Shown: positions 18,875-29,227 of the stretch, one piece after another | How positions within the stretch are numbered: the stretch's first letter is position 1 | Layout of the letters: each line of letters begins with the position of its first letter | Notes under the pieces: model-generated | What the model was told of the DNA's origin: nothing | What the model saw: only the letters and a program-made list of their open reading frames with translations | Databases searched by the model: none | Program-made: the position numbers and the translations under genes | Assembly: GCA_048937405.1 (NCBI GenBank) | Contig: JBHLNF010000001.1 | Location: forward strand, 848,785 to 912,784 | DNA length: 64,000 bases | DNA from: Promethearchaeota archaeon | GTDB lineage: Archaea; Asgardarchaeota; Lokiarchaeia; Sigyniarchaeales; SOKP01 | Direction of reading: 5' to 3'

Positions 18875-20314
18875 CAAGGATACAGCTCCCTTTAGGGAGG
18901 TGATAAATTGAGCATTAACAGAAAATCACTAAATCCTTATCCACATCTCTTTTTTACTTCCCGAATTACTATCCTTCTAGAAATGAAGCTAACGCAAAGA
19001 ATTAGAATATTTCCCACTCACAAGCAAGAATTCCTTCTTTGGATCTTATCGGAGAAATGTCGTCTTTTATATAATTTTGCGTTAGCGGAACGAATGGAAA
19101 ATTGGCACAAAAATAAAAATCTACCAAGAGAAAAACGTCATTGTGTTGATTATCTTATCCAATCAAGAGCATTACCGGGGTTAAAAGAGAAATATCCAGA
19201 ATATAAATGGGTATATTCGAAGGTTCTCCAAACAATCCTTAAAAAACTCGAGCTAAACTATAAATCTTTCTTTGCATTATGGAATAAGGGAGATCAAAAT
19301 GCAAGACCCCCCCGATTTAAAGGGAAGAAGCATTTCACTACTCTTTGTTATAATCAGTCTGGCTTTAAATTACAAGAGAGATCAATCATCTTCTCTCATA
19401 AACATCCTTCAAATATCATACTTAAGTTTGAATTTCCCTCTCATCTTATTCCTCAAGGGATTATTAAGCATGTAGAACTCTTTCAGTCTGATGAGAGATG
19501 GTATATTTCCCTTACATATGATCTCAAAGTGCCTGAATATCATGATAATCACTCATATCAAGCATTTGATTTAGGAATAAATCAGACTGTAGGAGTAAAC
19601 CTTTCTGGAAACTCAATACAATTCACTCACAGAAGAGCAGACCTCTATTGGAAAAAAAAGATAGAGGAGGTACAGTCAAAACGAGATCATTGTAAGAAAT
19701 ATAGTAATAAATGGCATTGGTATCACAAAAAACTGCTTCAGATGATTAAAAAGTGCGCGTATCAACTGAAAGATTTCCAGCATTGGCTTTCAAACCAAAT
19801 TGTATCTAATACAAAAGCGAATACGATTATTGTTGGAGATTTAAAAGTAAAACAGATGGCTCAAAAGAAGAAAGGAACAAGTATTGCTAAAAAGAATAGG
19901 GTAAATAACACACTTAACCATTCAGTTCACAACACAGGTTATTTGTCACGATTTGTCGAATTCTTAACCTACAAAGCAGAAAAAAGAGGTAAAAAAGTAA
20001 TAAAAATTGACGAATCCAAGACTACAAAAGCCTGTTGTAAATGTGGAAAGCTCGAAAAGAGGACAATTTTCGAGAGAATTATTACTTGCGACTGTGGAAA
20101 TCGGATTGACCGAGATCTCAACTCAGCAATCAATATCATGATACGCTTTTTGTCAGAGAAACATAAATTCGATTTCTTATCGCATGAATCCTCTGTGAAC
20201 GAGGAATCATTCCTAACACAATGGAATGGTTTTCTACGACATACAGGTCAACCCGTACTAGAAGTGGTTGTACACTCGTAGGAAGCCACAGCCTTTAGGC
20301 CGTGTTTAGTTCAC
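18875..20314 (+). mobile_element. IS200/IS605-family element, tnpB only (IS1341-like)
   Basis: Left hairpin CTCCC-TTTA-GGGAG (18886-18899); right hairpin CACAGCC-TTTA-GGCCGTG (20287-20304) then TAGTTCAC; no tnpA; exact left boundary uncertain. Confidence 0.85.
18983..20281 (+). CDS. tnpB: RNA-guided endonuclease TnpB
   Basis: RIFP...CRLLYNFAL N-terminus, PRFK, AFDLG, CCKC..CDC, DRDLNSAINI; ATG 18983 preferred over the TTG at 18908, which lies in the left end. Confidence 0.93.
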   Translation: MKLTQRIRIFPTHKQEFLLWILSEKCRLLYNFALAERMENWHKNKNLPREKRHCVDYLIQSRALPGLKEKYPEYKWVYSKVLQTILKKLELNYKSFFALWNKGDQNARPPRFKGKKHFTTLCYNQSGFKLQERSIIFSHKHPSNIILKFEFPSHLIPQGIIKHVELFQSDERWYISLTYDLKVPEYHDNHSYQAFDLGINQTVGVNLSGNSIQFTHRRADLYWKKKIEEVQSKRDHCKKYSNKWHWYHKKLLQMIKKCAYQLKDFQHWLSNQIVSNTKANTIIVGDLKVKQMAQKKKGTSIAKKNRVNNTLNHSVHNTGYLSRFVEFLTYKAEKRGKKVIKIDESKTTKACCKCGKLEKRTIFERIITCDCGNRIDRDLNSAINIMIRFLSEKHKFDFLSHESSVNEESFLTQWNGFLRHTGQPVLEVVVHS

Positions 20315-20334
20315 TCTTAAAGATAATGGTTATT
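20175..20334 (+). ncRNA. Predicted omegaRNA/reRNA (scaffold to 20314, guide ~20315-20334)
   Basis: Established TnpB architecture; this interval is also the best-conserved part of the deleted copy; ends approximate. Confidence 0.6.
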
Positions 20335-20447
20335 ATTTAATGAAGTACCCTAGAACTGTGTCCTCTTTGATTGTTTATTTTAAATTAATAAAATTTAAAA
20401 TTTTTAATATGTTATTAGTATTAATAATAAATAAAAAGAGTATAACA

Positions 20448-20729
20448 TTGAAGTACCCGAGAACTGTCAATCGATATTGTCCATCTTGTAGATCACATAC
20501 TACACATAATGTATCACTATATAAGAAAGGAAAGGAGCGTATGCTAAATCATGGACGGAGAAGAGTCGAAAGGAAAAAAAAGGGATATGGTAGCTTTCCT
20601 AAAGAAATATTCCATAAAAATGCTAAGTTAAATAAGAGATCAACACCTTTGTTAGAATGTTCTGAATGTGGTAAAAAACAATATGCTAAATCTTATCGTG
20701 TAAAACGTCTCGAATTACAGGAAGTATAA
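20448..20729 (+). CDS. rpl44e: 50S ribosomal protein L44e (eL42)
   Basis: KYPRTVNRYCPSCRSHT...KKGYG...ECSECGK; TTG start at 20448 gives normal length. Confidence 0.93.
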   Translation: MKYPRTVNRYCPSCRSHTTHNVSLYKKGKERMLNHGRRRVERKKKGYGSFPKEIFHKNAKLNKRSTPLLECSECGKKQYAKSYRVKRLELQEV

Positions 20730-20743
20730 AAAAGTGAAAAATT

Positions 20744-20947
20744 ATGGCTAATAAGAAAGAAAAACAACTTATCCCACAAGCAAAAAGTAGGTTCTTACGT
20801 GTAAAATGTTTAAACTGTGGTAATCAACAAATAATTTTTGGTTGTTCTGCGACGGATGTAGAATGCTTAGTTTGTGGGAAAACGTTACTCCAATCAACTG
20901 GTGGTAAAGCTCGTATTCTTACTAAAATTTTAGAAGTACTTTCTTAA
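20744..20947 (+). CDS. rps27e: 30S ribosomal protein S27e
   Basis: [13 protein letters not shown]...CLVCG..L..STGGKA. Confidence 0.96.
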   Translation: MANKKEKQLIPQAKSRFLRVKCLNCGNQQIIFGCSATDVECLVCGKTLLQSTGGKARILTKILEVLS

Positions 20948-21022
20948 TTTCTGTTATATTCTTCTTTGATATATTTATTTCAAAAAAGAAAAATAGAATT
21001 TTAGTTATTATATCTTATTTAT

Positions 21023-21499
21023 TCATTTATTACCCAATATTTCTTTAGCAGGAAGTGCTATACCAATCACATAAAGAGCAGCTCCAAGGGCAAATATAAT
21101 CATACTTACTCCAATATATCCAATTATTATCTTATAAATAATAAAAGTTAACCATGGTATACCTCCTATAACCAAAAGGGTAAACCAAGCCCATTTCTCT
21201 CCTTTTTTATAACCATGATGTGTTATTATAACAATAGAAATAGCGATCCCACATAGCATTAATCCTATCATTTTTTTTGTCATTATATACAGCTCAGCCA
21301 TTCTACGGTCAACGAGTAAGTAATCACTATAAGATGTTCCTACGTATGCTTCAAAATCACTTACAAACATTATTTCTGTTACAAATATCCAAAATAGTGA
21401 TAGTACTAAAGTGTACATCCCCATTGTAAGCATAGCTTTCCAGCCAATTTTGCTTAGCGATTCTTCCATATTTTTTACCAATAAATTTGATATTAACAA
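21023..21499 (-). CDS. Hypothetical 4-TM membrane protein
   Basis: Hydrophobic helices, KKGEKWAW motif; start may be the ATG of MEESLSK. Confidence 0.6.
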   Translation of the reverse strand: MLISNLLVKNMEESLSKIGWKAMLTMGMYTLVLSLFWIFVTEIMFVSDFEAYVGTSYSDYLLVDRRMAELYIMTKKMIGLMLCGIAISIVIITHHGYKKGEKWAWFTLLVIGGIPWLTFIIYKIIIGYIGVSMIIFALGAALYVIGIALPAKEILGNK

Positions 21500-21629
21500 A
21501 ATATTTTTATTACTTATTTATAAATAAAGTTATTGGAAAATCACTAAATAGAATAGGATGAACGTGAAACTATTCTTTTACGATGATTCCTATATATCTC
21601 AATAATATATTAAGATTAATTATAATTAT

Positions 21630-21968
21630 TTAATATTCACGCCAAGTATGTTTACACTCAGTGCATCTAAAAAAATGAGTACTTGGCTCATCTGCACTTC
21701 TCATTTGTTTTTGCCAAGTTTCGGCTTCCTTATTACCACATTTTGGGCAATCTTTTTTTGTTTTAGGGAATACTGAAATTTTATCGTCTTCACTTACAAT
21801 TACTAAATTCTTTTCTAAATCCTTCTTCTTTTTTTGAACATGACTTTCTATTTTATCATTATCAGGTAAAATTTCTTTTTGATAACCACATTTACATACT
21901 AAAAATGATTGGTCATTATCTTTTCTTTTACGCAATAAGTTTGAGCATTCGGGGCAAAATTCGACCAT
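21630..21968 (-). CDS. tfs: Transcription factor S
   Basis: FCPEC, CPKC, QMRSADEP, CTEC.HTWREY. Confidence 0.95.
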   Translation of the reverse strand: MVEFCPECSNLLRKRKDNDQSFLVCKCGYQKEILPDNDKIESHVQKKKKDLEKNLVIVSEDDKISVFPKTKKDCPKCGNKEAETWQKQMRSADEPSTHFFRCTECKHTWREY

Positions 21969-22242
21969 ATTGATTACTATTTCTATGATTTTTAATTATA
22001 ACTTTTAAAAATCATATTCTTTAAAAAATTTTGTTTTAGCTATAAAAAAATATTAATTTTTAAACCCTTTATAATAACCAATTATCTATATATAAGTTCT
22101 GTACTATTTAAAGAGTTTGTTGTTTTTTTAGTGCCAAATGTTTTCAAAGGTATATCTAATTTCCATTAACATCTTATAGGATTAAGAAAATCTAAGGAAT
22201 ATGGTATTTATTCAATCCTTAACATTAATAATCAAAATAAAA

Positions 22243-22563
22243 CTAACTCATTTCCTTTTTAATGAAATAAATTTTTTGGTAATATTCAAAATTAAGTTTA
22301 TTCATATCTTGGACTATATCAGCTATGATTGATTTTTCTCCAGTAGATTGAATCTCAAGGTCTCCTATAACATTAATCAAGTCATTTTCTTTAAACTTTA
22401 ATTTCTCAATGTTTTTAAGGTTAACATTTATCTGACCAGTTTTATCATCTAAAACAATCTGATTGTCATTGACTCTCTTCTTTACATATCCAGTTACTTG
22501 GATTCGCTCATCATCACTAGCAATATCTTTAATTATTCTTTGCTTTGCGTAGGGAATAGACAT
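22243..22563 (-). CDS. Small OB-fold protein, RPA small-subunit-like
   Basis: RIQVTGYV...LDDKTGQI...INVIG OB-fold pattern; ATG at 22563 (MSIPY) preferred; divergent from pcn. Confidence 0.65.
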   Translation of the reverse strand: MSIPYAKQRIIKDIASDDERIQVTGYVKKRVNDNQIVLDDKTGQINVNLKNIEKLKFKENDLINVIGDLEIQSTGEKSIIADIVQDMNKLNFEYYQKIYFIKKEMS

Positions 22564-22746
22564 TTTTTTTTTATATATGAATGATCTAGTTATTTTCTTA
22601 TTACAAAATTGAAAATTTAAGAGAGTATAAATAATTAATTTAAAACCTAATATTAGAATTATTAAAAGACTAATATCAAACATTATTAATAAAGGGAATC
22701 AAACATTATTATCTTAAATATGATTGAATAAATTTGCTGAAAGAAA

Positions 22747-23550
22747 ATGACTTTTACATTAAAATTAGAAAATAGTCGGATTTTGAAAGGAATAGTTGAA
22801 ACTCTTGCAAGTATAATAGATGAAACTGAATTTCGAGTAACTCCTAAAGAGTTTACTATCTCTGCGATGGATCCAAGCAGAATCTGTTTATTAAAACTAT
22901 CAATTAAAAAGGATGGTTTTGATGAATATAAATGCGATAAAGAATCAAAAGTTGGTCTCAATTTGGATGATTTAGATAAGATCTTAAAAAGAAGTGCAGC
23001 TAGTGATTCCGTAGAAATTGATTTTAATGAATCAGAACAGAAAATAAAAATAAAAATGCAGAGAGAAGGTATGACGCGTACAAGAACATTTAGTTTAGCG
23101 TTGTTGGATATCGATATCGAAGAAATTCCAATGGACAATTTATTAAAAATTGAGTATCCTTCAAAATGGGTTATTGAACCAGATTTCTTGGTTGAAGCAA
23201 TAAAAGATGCTGAAATATATTCTGAAATTCTTAATATGACGGCTACTGAGGGAAAGGGATTAGTATTTAGCTCAACAGGACAAATTGGTGAGATGGAATA
23301 TGATTTGAGTGAGGATGATTTAATTGAGACTGATATTAGCGGAACTAGTAGTGGAGCATACTCATTAACATTTCTGAAAGCAATCTTAAAAATAGCCTCA
23401 ATTACTGAGAAGTTAGAGATATCATTAAAAACAGATCATCCATTAAAAATGATCTTTAATATTCTTGAGGGTGGGGAACTAAGTTACTTCCTAGCACCAA
23501 GAGTAGAAGAAGCTGAATTTGAAGATGATGATGACATGGATGAATTCTAA
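22747..23550 (+). CDS. pcn: PCNA sliding clamp
   Basis: AMDPSRI, YSLTFL, PLK, YFLAPR. Confidence 0.96.
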   Translation: MTFTLKLENSRILKGIVETLASIIDETEFRVTPKEFTISAMDPSRICLLKLSIKKDGFDEYKCDKESKVGLNLDDLDKILKRSAASDSVEIDFNESEQKIKIKMQREGMTRTRTFSLALLDIDIEEIPMDNLLKIEYPSKWVIEPDFLVEAIKDAEIYSEILNMTATEGKGLVFSSTGQIGEMEYDLSEDDLIETDISGTSSGAYSLTFLKAILKIASITEKLEISLKTDHPLKMIFNILEGGELSYFLAPRVEEAEFEDDDDMDEF

Positions 23551-23741
23551 TTAAATTAAGTATAATATAGATTTTTTAAAAAAAATTTATAAATTTCAAA
23601 AAAGATTAGAAAAACACCAAATTATATTAGAAATCTTAAAATTTTCCCTCATAACTTTTAATTTGGGAAAGCTGGTTCAGTTTCTATTAATTTGAATCCT
23701 TTTATTTCTGGATTTTGAAAAAAAAAAATATTACATTAAAT

Positions 23742-24497
23742 TTATGATTCGGCTGTATTTTTGGACCTTAATCTATTTGATATTGCTTTTGGTAGGAACC
23801 AACCCAAATAATAAAATATTGCACTCAATATTAGTATTAACCTTACCAAAACTAATGATAGTTCTGTGGGTTTTCCTAACCCTGTATCCATATATGCACC
23901 TATAGTAAATAAAAACCAAGCAATTAATAAGAAATATGCCTTCAATTTAATTTCAGGATCTCCAATTCTAATTGATCTAATCGAAAAGATAATTCCTGTT
24001 ATTAGAAAAGTTGCTATCGCTGAATATGTAAAAATATCTGAAACAGCGCTGTGTTGCGAATCAAAACCTTCTGGTTCTACAGTTCCAATCCAATGAATAT
24101 TTTCTGTTGTTAATGCTGTAATAACAATTATCAACCAAATGGTATTGAAGATGATAAAAGCAATTACAAGAATATTACCTCTCTTAAGATCCATGATCAT
24201 TACAAATGCGTACATCCAAATCATTATTGTAAAAGGAAGAACAAGATTTCCAAATGCTAAATATTGGGCATCACTCAATTTATAGTCAAAAAATCCATAG
24301 GTAATAAATTGAGTTGCAACTCCCCACCAACCTGAACTCATTAGGAGCCATGTTATTCCTACAGCGACTAAATCCTTTCTCTTTAGGGAAATTGCTTTTA
24401 TCATGATCCTTACACCTATGATTATAGCAATAATTACCCATATAAGACTAAAACATCCTTTGAAAAAATTAATTGTCCCTAAATCCTCAAGTGCCAT
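23742..24497 (-). CDS. Hypothetical 7-TM membrane protein
   Basis: Seven hydrophobic segments by eye, no soluble domain. Confidence 0.7.
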   Translation of the reverse strand: MALEDLGTINFFKGCFSLIWVIIAIIIGVRIMIKAISLKRKDLVAVGITWLLMSSGWWGVATQFITYGFFDYKLSDAQYLAFGNLVLPFTIMIWMYAFVMIMDLKRGNILVIAFIIFNTIWLIIVITALTTENIHWIGTVEPEGFDSQHSAVSDIFTYSAIATFLITGIIFSIRSIRIGDPEIKLKAYFLLIAWFLFTIGAYMDTGLGKPTELSLVLVRLILILSAIFYYLGWFLPKAISNRLRSKNTAES

Positions 24498-24825
24498 AAT
24501 TATCCCAATTATTATTTTATGATAGATACTTCTTATTCGATTTATTTAAATATATCTTTTTTAATATTGCTTAATTAAACAAAAATACTTCTAACAACCT
24601 GATTCATTTCTTTTATTTTAAGGTTCTTCTTAATTGAAATTATGACATCTTTTAAAAAAATCAAGTAATTTAAACATCACTTATTTGTGAAAGCTAATAT
24701 GGTTATTTGAATTAAAATTATGATACTCTTAGTAATTCTTTATTAATTGTCTTTTTTTTGAAAAAGTGCTCTATTATTTACTGAGTATAATTTTCTTAAA
24801 TTCATTTATAATGGATATTCAATCT

Positions 24826-24848
24826 TTTCCCACATAGCTTTATAAATC
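24826..24848 (+). promoter_or_regulatory. Putative BRE/TATA promoter of binding-protein gene 1 (similar at ~26851, ~29075, ~32203)
   Basis: ttcc(c/a)(c/a)atagctttataaat-like block at a similar distance upstream of all four paralogues. Confidence 0.4.
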
Positions 24849-24982
24849 AAAAAAACAATATGATAGATGTCTCTCTATAAATTTTATAAATTCGTGAATT
24901 CAAATAAGATTTCAAGAAAAATTTAATAATTACTAAATGAATTGTCAAATCTAAAATTCAATTTTTAAATACAACATAATAA

Positions 24983-26416
24983 TTGATTAAATCCATGATA
25001 AATTTGTCAAAAAGAACTTTAGCTATTTTACTTATTGCGATTATAGGTATTGGAAGTGGAGTAGGGCTTCTTTATCTTTATCTTGGTGGATGGATTTTCC
25101 AAGATGGAAATAAATATTCTGGATGGACTTCGTGGAGAGTCCCAGGAGTCTCAGGTATATATGAATGGCAATGGATTAAGATCGGAATGATGGGTGATAT
25201 AGGTGATATAAGAGGGGATGCAAATTATCAGGGAGGTTACCTGGCTGCTAAGGAATTAAATGAAGCAGGGGGTGTTATCGTTAATGGCACTCCTTATTAC
25301 GTTGCCATTGCTGGTGAAGATACAGATGAATGTGCAACAGATATTGTTATACCTAGACCTATCACACCACAAAAGATGGTTTATGAACTTAAGTGTCAGT
25401 ATGGTGTTGGAGGCTATAGAACAGAATTCCTCTTAGCTTATCGGGAACCTTTTATGGCTAATAAAATACCCTTTTTGGGCACAGGAGCAATGTCAGATAT
25501 TTTCTGTGAAAATGTTGGAAGTGATTATTCGCGTTATAAATACTTCTGGAGAGTTAGTCCTTATAACTCCTCATGGTCGAGTACTGTTTTTACAACTTCT
25601 ATAAAGGGAATGTATCAATCACTCCTAAATAAATATGGATCTGATGATATTGATCATATGGGTATATTAGCTGAAGATCTAACCTGGACAACTGGCATAC
25701 GATCTATAATCCCTGATTTAATAAATACTGAATTCGGGGGAGGGACTGTAACAAATGATTCAGTAATCGCTTTTGCTCCAGATGCTGATTCATCATCTAT
25801 GAATGGCCATTTGCAAACTTTAGAGGATGAAGGATGTGACTTAGTACTTATAGCAATTTCATTGGACGCAGGACTTGTAATGGCACAGCAATGGGCACAA
25901 TATGAACACAAATTCTTGCTCTTTGGTTCTAATTTTCAAGCTCAAACCGCGGGATATTGGGACGAAACTGATGGAGCCTGTGAATATGAAATAGGTACAT
26001 CATATACAGTAAGATGTAATAAAACAGAATTTACAATCCCCTTCTGGGATGCTTATTATGAAATGTGGGATGAAGATCCTCTTTATATGGCAATCGGTGC
26101 ATATGATGCCGTAAATCTTATCGTGGATTCAATTAACAAAACACAATCATTTGATCCAGATGTCTTTGTGGCAGATATGGAGACATATACACCCGCCAAC
26201 CCTAAACATGGTTGTGTTGGAGGTGATCCCCTCGCTTGGGACGATAATCATGACATTTTTGCAGGTTATCCTTTTTCATATGATATCTGGTTTCAGTGGC
26301 AAAACGGAACGAAAGTGCTCATTCCTTCATTCACAGACCCTGAACAATATCCCAACACACTATCACCAATAGAAGAATTGAAAATCCCTCCTTGGTTTGA
26401 CTGGGACGAACTCTAA
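24983..26416 (+). CDS. Membrane-anchored LivJ-type (type I) substrate-binding protein, copy 1
   Basis: N-terminal TM anchor, KIGMMGD, LAAKELNEAGG, AYDAV; real start may be ATG 24995. Confidence 0.85.
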   Translation: MIKSMINLSKRTLAILLIAIIGIGSGVGLLYLYLGGWIFQDGNKYSGWTSWRVPGVSGIYEWQWIKIGMMGDIGDIRGDANYQGGYLAAKELNEAGGVIVNGTPYYVAIAGEDTDECATDIVIPRPITPQKMVYELKCQYGVGGYRTEFLLAYREPFMANKIPFLGTGAMSDIFCENVGSDYSRYKYFWRVSPYNSSWSSTVFTTSIKGMYQSLLNKYGSDDIDHMGILAEDLTWTTGIRSIIPDLINTEFGGGTVTNDSVIAFAPDADSSSMNGHLQTLEDEGCDLVLIAISLDAGLVMAQQWAQYEHKFLLFGSNFQAQTAGYWDETDGACEYEIGTSYTVRCNKTEFTIPFWDAYYEMWDEDPLYMAIGAYDAVNLIVDSINKTQSFDPDVFVADMETYTPANPKHGCVGGDPLAWDDNHDIFAGYPFSYDIWFQWQNGTKVLIPSFTDPEQYPNTLSPIEELKIPPWFDWDEL

Positions 26417-27014
26417 TCTTTTTATTTAATATTAACAAATCTTTAGCGATTAAACTAACTATAATCTTTAAATAATGGGATTTTTATCAATAATATTTCT
26501 TAATTTTTAAAAAAAAATCCTAACATTTATCTTTTTTACCATTGCCTAATAGTGTAATAATAACTTAAAAGAGTTTAATTGAGTTGATTTACTTTACAAT
26601 TTTCCTTAGTTGAGGTTAACATTCATTTTAAAAATGATATTGAAAATTGATGGAGCTTAATGAAAAAAAGACATATAAATATATTTATCAAAAATGACTT
26701 TACTCTTGTGATTTATTTAGATTCTCTTTCTCTAAAAAAAAAATTCCTTATCAAATTTATAATATTCTTCTTTTGGTAAAATACTTCTAAGTTTTTCAAC
26801 ATTTTCTTTTCTTATTTCGAAGGCTTTTTCAACTCTATTACAAGGCTAGTCTTTCCAAATAGCCTTATTTTTCAGAAAAGTAACTTTTGACACTAAAGTA
26901 AATATTTATATTAAATGTTATTTTACAAGAGACTTAAAAATCTAATTTCTTAAAAAAAATTAAGAAGCTAAATCAAAAATAAAAATAAAATATATTATCA
27001 ATTCAAATAAAGAG

Positions 27015-28736
27015 TTGATTAAATCCATGATAAATTTGTCAAAAAGAACTTTAGTGATTTTGCTTATTGCGATTATAGGTATTGGAAGTGGAGTAGGAAT
27101 AGGAGTTTATTTCCTTTTTTTTAATAGAGAATCTCCTTCAAATGAGCCTCCTGGAGCTTTTACTTTATCTTCCGACGCTGATAATCCTGATGATGATGGT
27201 ACTTTCACACTCACATGGGATGCTGCTGATAGGGCTATGAATTATTCCGTATATAGATTCTCTAGTAATATTACTGTTATAAATAGCAGTTTAACTACAT
27301 TAGCGACCAGCATTACGAATCTTTCACGTTCATTATCAGGATATAGTAATGGAACCTATTATTTTATTGTTGTTGCTCACAATGCTCAAGGCAATACTCT
27401 CTCCAATTGTCATAGAGTTATTGTCGCAGTCCCTCCTGAAAATTGGATAACCCCAGGAGTAATTGGTATATCTGAAGAAAAATGGATTAAAATTGGATTA
27501 ATGGGTGATAAAGGTAAACTTGAAGGGGATCAAAACTACATGGGTGGTTACCTAGCAGCGAAAAAAATAAATCAAGAGGGTGGTGTTGTTGTGAATGGTT
27601 CTACTTATTATATTGCCATTGCAAGTGGAGATACGGACGAACAGGCTGAAGATTTCTCTGCAGCCGCAGGTGTTGCCGCAGCGGTGAAAATGATCAACGA
27701 AAGTGGGGTTCAATTTGCTATTGGAGGTTTCAAATACGAAGCCTTGGTTGCATATCGGGACCCTTTTATGGACAATCACATACCATTTTTGAGCACAGGA
27801 TCAATGAATGATTATTTATGTGTAGATGTTGGAAATGATTACCCACATTATAAATATTATTGGAGAGTTACTCCTTATAACTCATCATATTCGAGTATTA
27901 CTTTTGTAAGTAATACATTGGGTATGTATCAAACACTCCAAGCAACATATGGATCTGATGATATCAATCACATAGGTATATTAGCAGAAAATTTACCTTG
28001 GACGCAGGGCATACGAATGGGAATCCCTGGTATTATAGATTCGACTTTTGGCCCCGGAACTGTACCGTCAGGGGGAATCATTGCTTTTGATCCAGAGGTT
28101 TCTCCTATAGTTATGAATGCTCATTTACAACAATTAGAAGATGTAGGATGTGATGTAGTACTTATAGCGATTTCATTAGGTGCTGGACTCACAATGACCC
28201 AACAATGGGCACAAGCAGAAAGACCATTTTTACTATTTGGTTCTAATATTCAAGCCCAAACAGCGGGATACTGGGATAAAACTAATGGAGCCTGTGAATA
28301 TGAAATAGGCTCAACGACAGCAACAAGATGCAATAAAACCCCACATACTATCGAATTTTATGATATGTTTTTTACTGAATTCAATGAACATCCTATTTAT
28401 ATAGGATTTGGTGCTTATGATGCCGTAAATCTAATTGTAGACTCAATTGAAAAAACACAATCATTTGATCCAGATGATTTTGTAGCAGATATGGAAACTT
28501 ATACGCCAAGTAACCCTAAACATGGCGGCGCTGGTGGTGACCCCGTCGCTTGGAACAGTAATCATGACCTTATCGCAGGGTATCCTTTCTCTTATGGTGT
28601 TTGGTTTCAGTGGTACAACGGTACTAAAACACTCATACCCTCATTCGCATATAATAATCCAGAATATCCTAGCACTCTAGCACCAATGGGCACAATGAAA
28701 ATACCTGATTGGTTTGGTTGGGATCTTGTACCATAA
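27015..28736 (+). CDS. Substrate-binding protein copy 2 with one FN3-like domain
   Basis: PGAFTLSSDA..PDDDG.FTLTW..NYSVY..GTYYFIVVAHN, then the binding domain. Confidence 0.85.
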   Translation: MIKSMINLSKRTLVILLIAIIGIGSGVGIGVYFLFFNRESPSNEPPGAFTLSSDADNPDDDGTFTLTWDAADRAMNYSVYRFSSNITVINSSLTTLATSITNLSRSLSGYSNGTYYFIVVAHNAQGNTLSNCHRVIVAVPPENWITPGVIGISEEKWIKIGLMGDKGKLEGDQNYMGGYLAAKKINQEGGVVVNGSTYYIAIASGDTDEQAEDFSAAAGVAAAVKMINESGVQFAIGGFKYEALVAYRDPFMDNHIPFLSTGSMNDYLCVDVGNDYPHYKYYWRVTPYNSSYSSITFVSNTLGMYQTLQATYGSDDINHIGILAENLPWTQGIRMGIPGIIDSTFGPGTVPSGGIIAFDPEVSPIVMNAHLQQLEDVGCDVVLIAISLGAGLTMTQQWAQAERPFLLFGSNIQAQTAGYWDKTNGACEYEIGSTTATRCNKTPHTIEFYDMFFTEFNEHPIYIGFGAYDAVNLIVDSIEKTQSFDPDDFVADMETYTPSNPKHGGAGGDPVAWNSNHDLIAGYPFSYGVWFQWYNGTKTLIPSFAYNNPEYPSTLAPMGTMKIPDWFGWDLVP

Positions 28737-28789
28737 GTTAAAAAACATCAAACAATAATACAATTAAATAATTAAAAAAATCTTTATTT

Positions 28790-28980
28790 TCTTTAATTTT
28801 TAACAATACTCCCTTGAAACTGAAATCTAAATTCTTCAAGGTAAAATGAAATTATTCCTCAAAAAAGCAAATTGATGTGGTATCATATCATATATTGACT
28901 TTATTAAGTTAGATTAATTTATTTTTAAAAATAGTAAAAAATCAATATTATCTATCCAGCAAAAAAACTTTAAATGAATT
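28790..28980 (+). repeat. Duplicated intergenic block (second copy ~31320-31511)
   Basis: ctttaatttttaacaa.actcccttgaaac...aaaaaagcaaattgatgtggta.catatca...tatctatccag...tttaaatgaatt in both. Confidence 0.8.
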
Positions 28981-29227
28981 CCATTCTCTTTCTTTTGATA
29001 AAATACTTGTAAAGTACTTGATTATTTACAGAGTATAATTCTCTTAAAACCATTTATAATATAAATTTAAATTTATTCCAAATAGCTTTATAAATAAAAA
29101 AAAACAATATGATATACATCTATCTATAAATTTTACTAATTTGTGAAATCAAATAACATTTCAAGAAATTAAATATTCAATGGAAATTGAAATCCAAAAA
29201 AAATAAATTCAATGAATAAAAGAATAG

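Noticed and set aside
17203-20314. Composite transposon carrying pyrB
   Set aside because: The copies are inverted with right ends outward; IS200/IS605 excision needs a left and a right end on the same strand
20340-20447. 36-aa N-terminal extension of L44e as in the ORF track
   Set aside because: The spacer looks like AT-rich promoter DNA; the TTG at 20448 gives the normal protein
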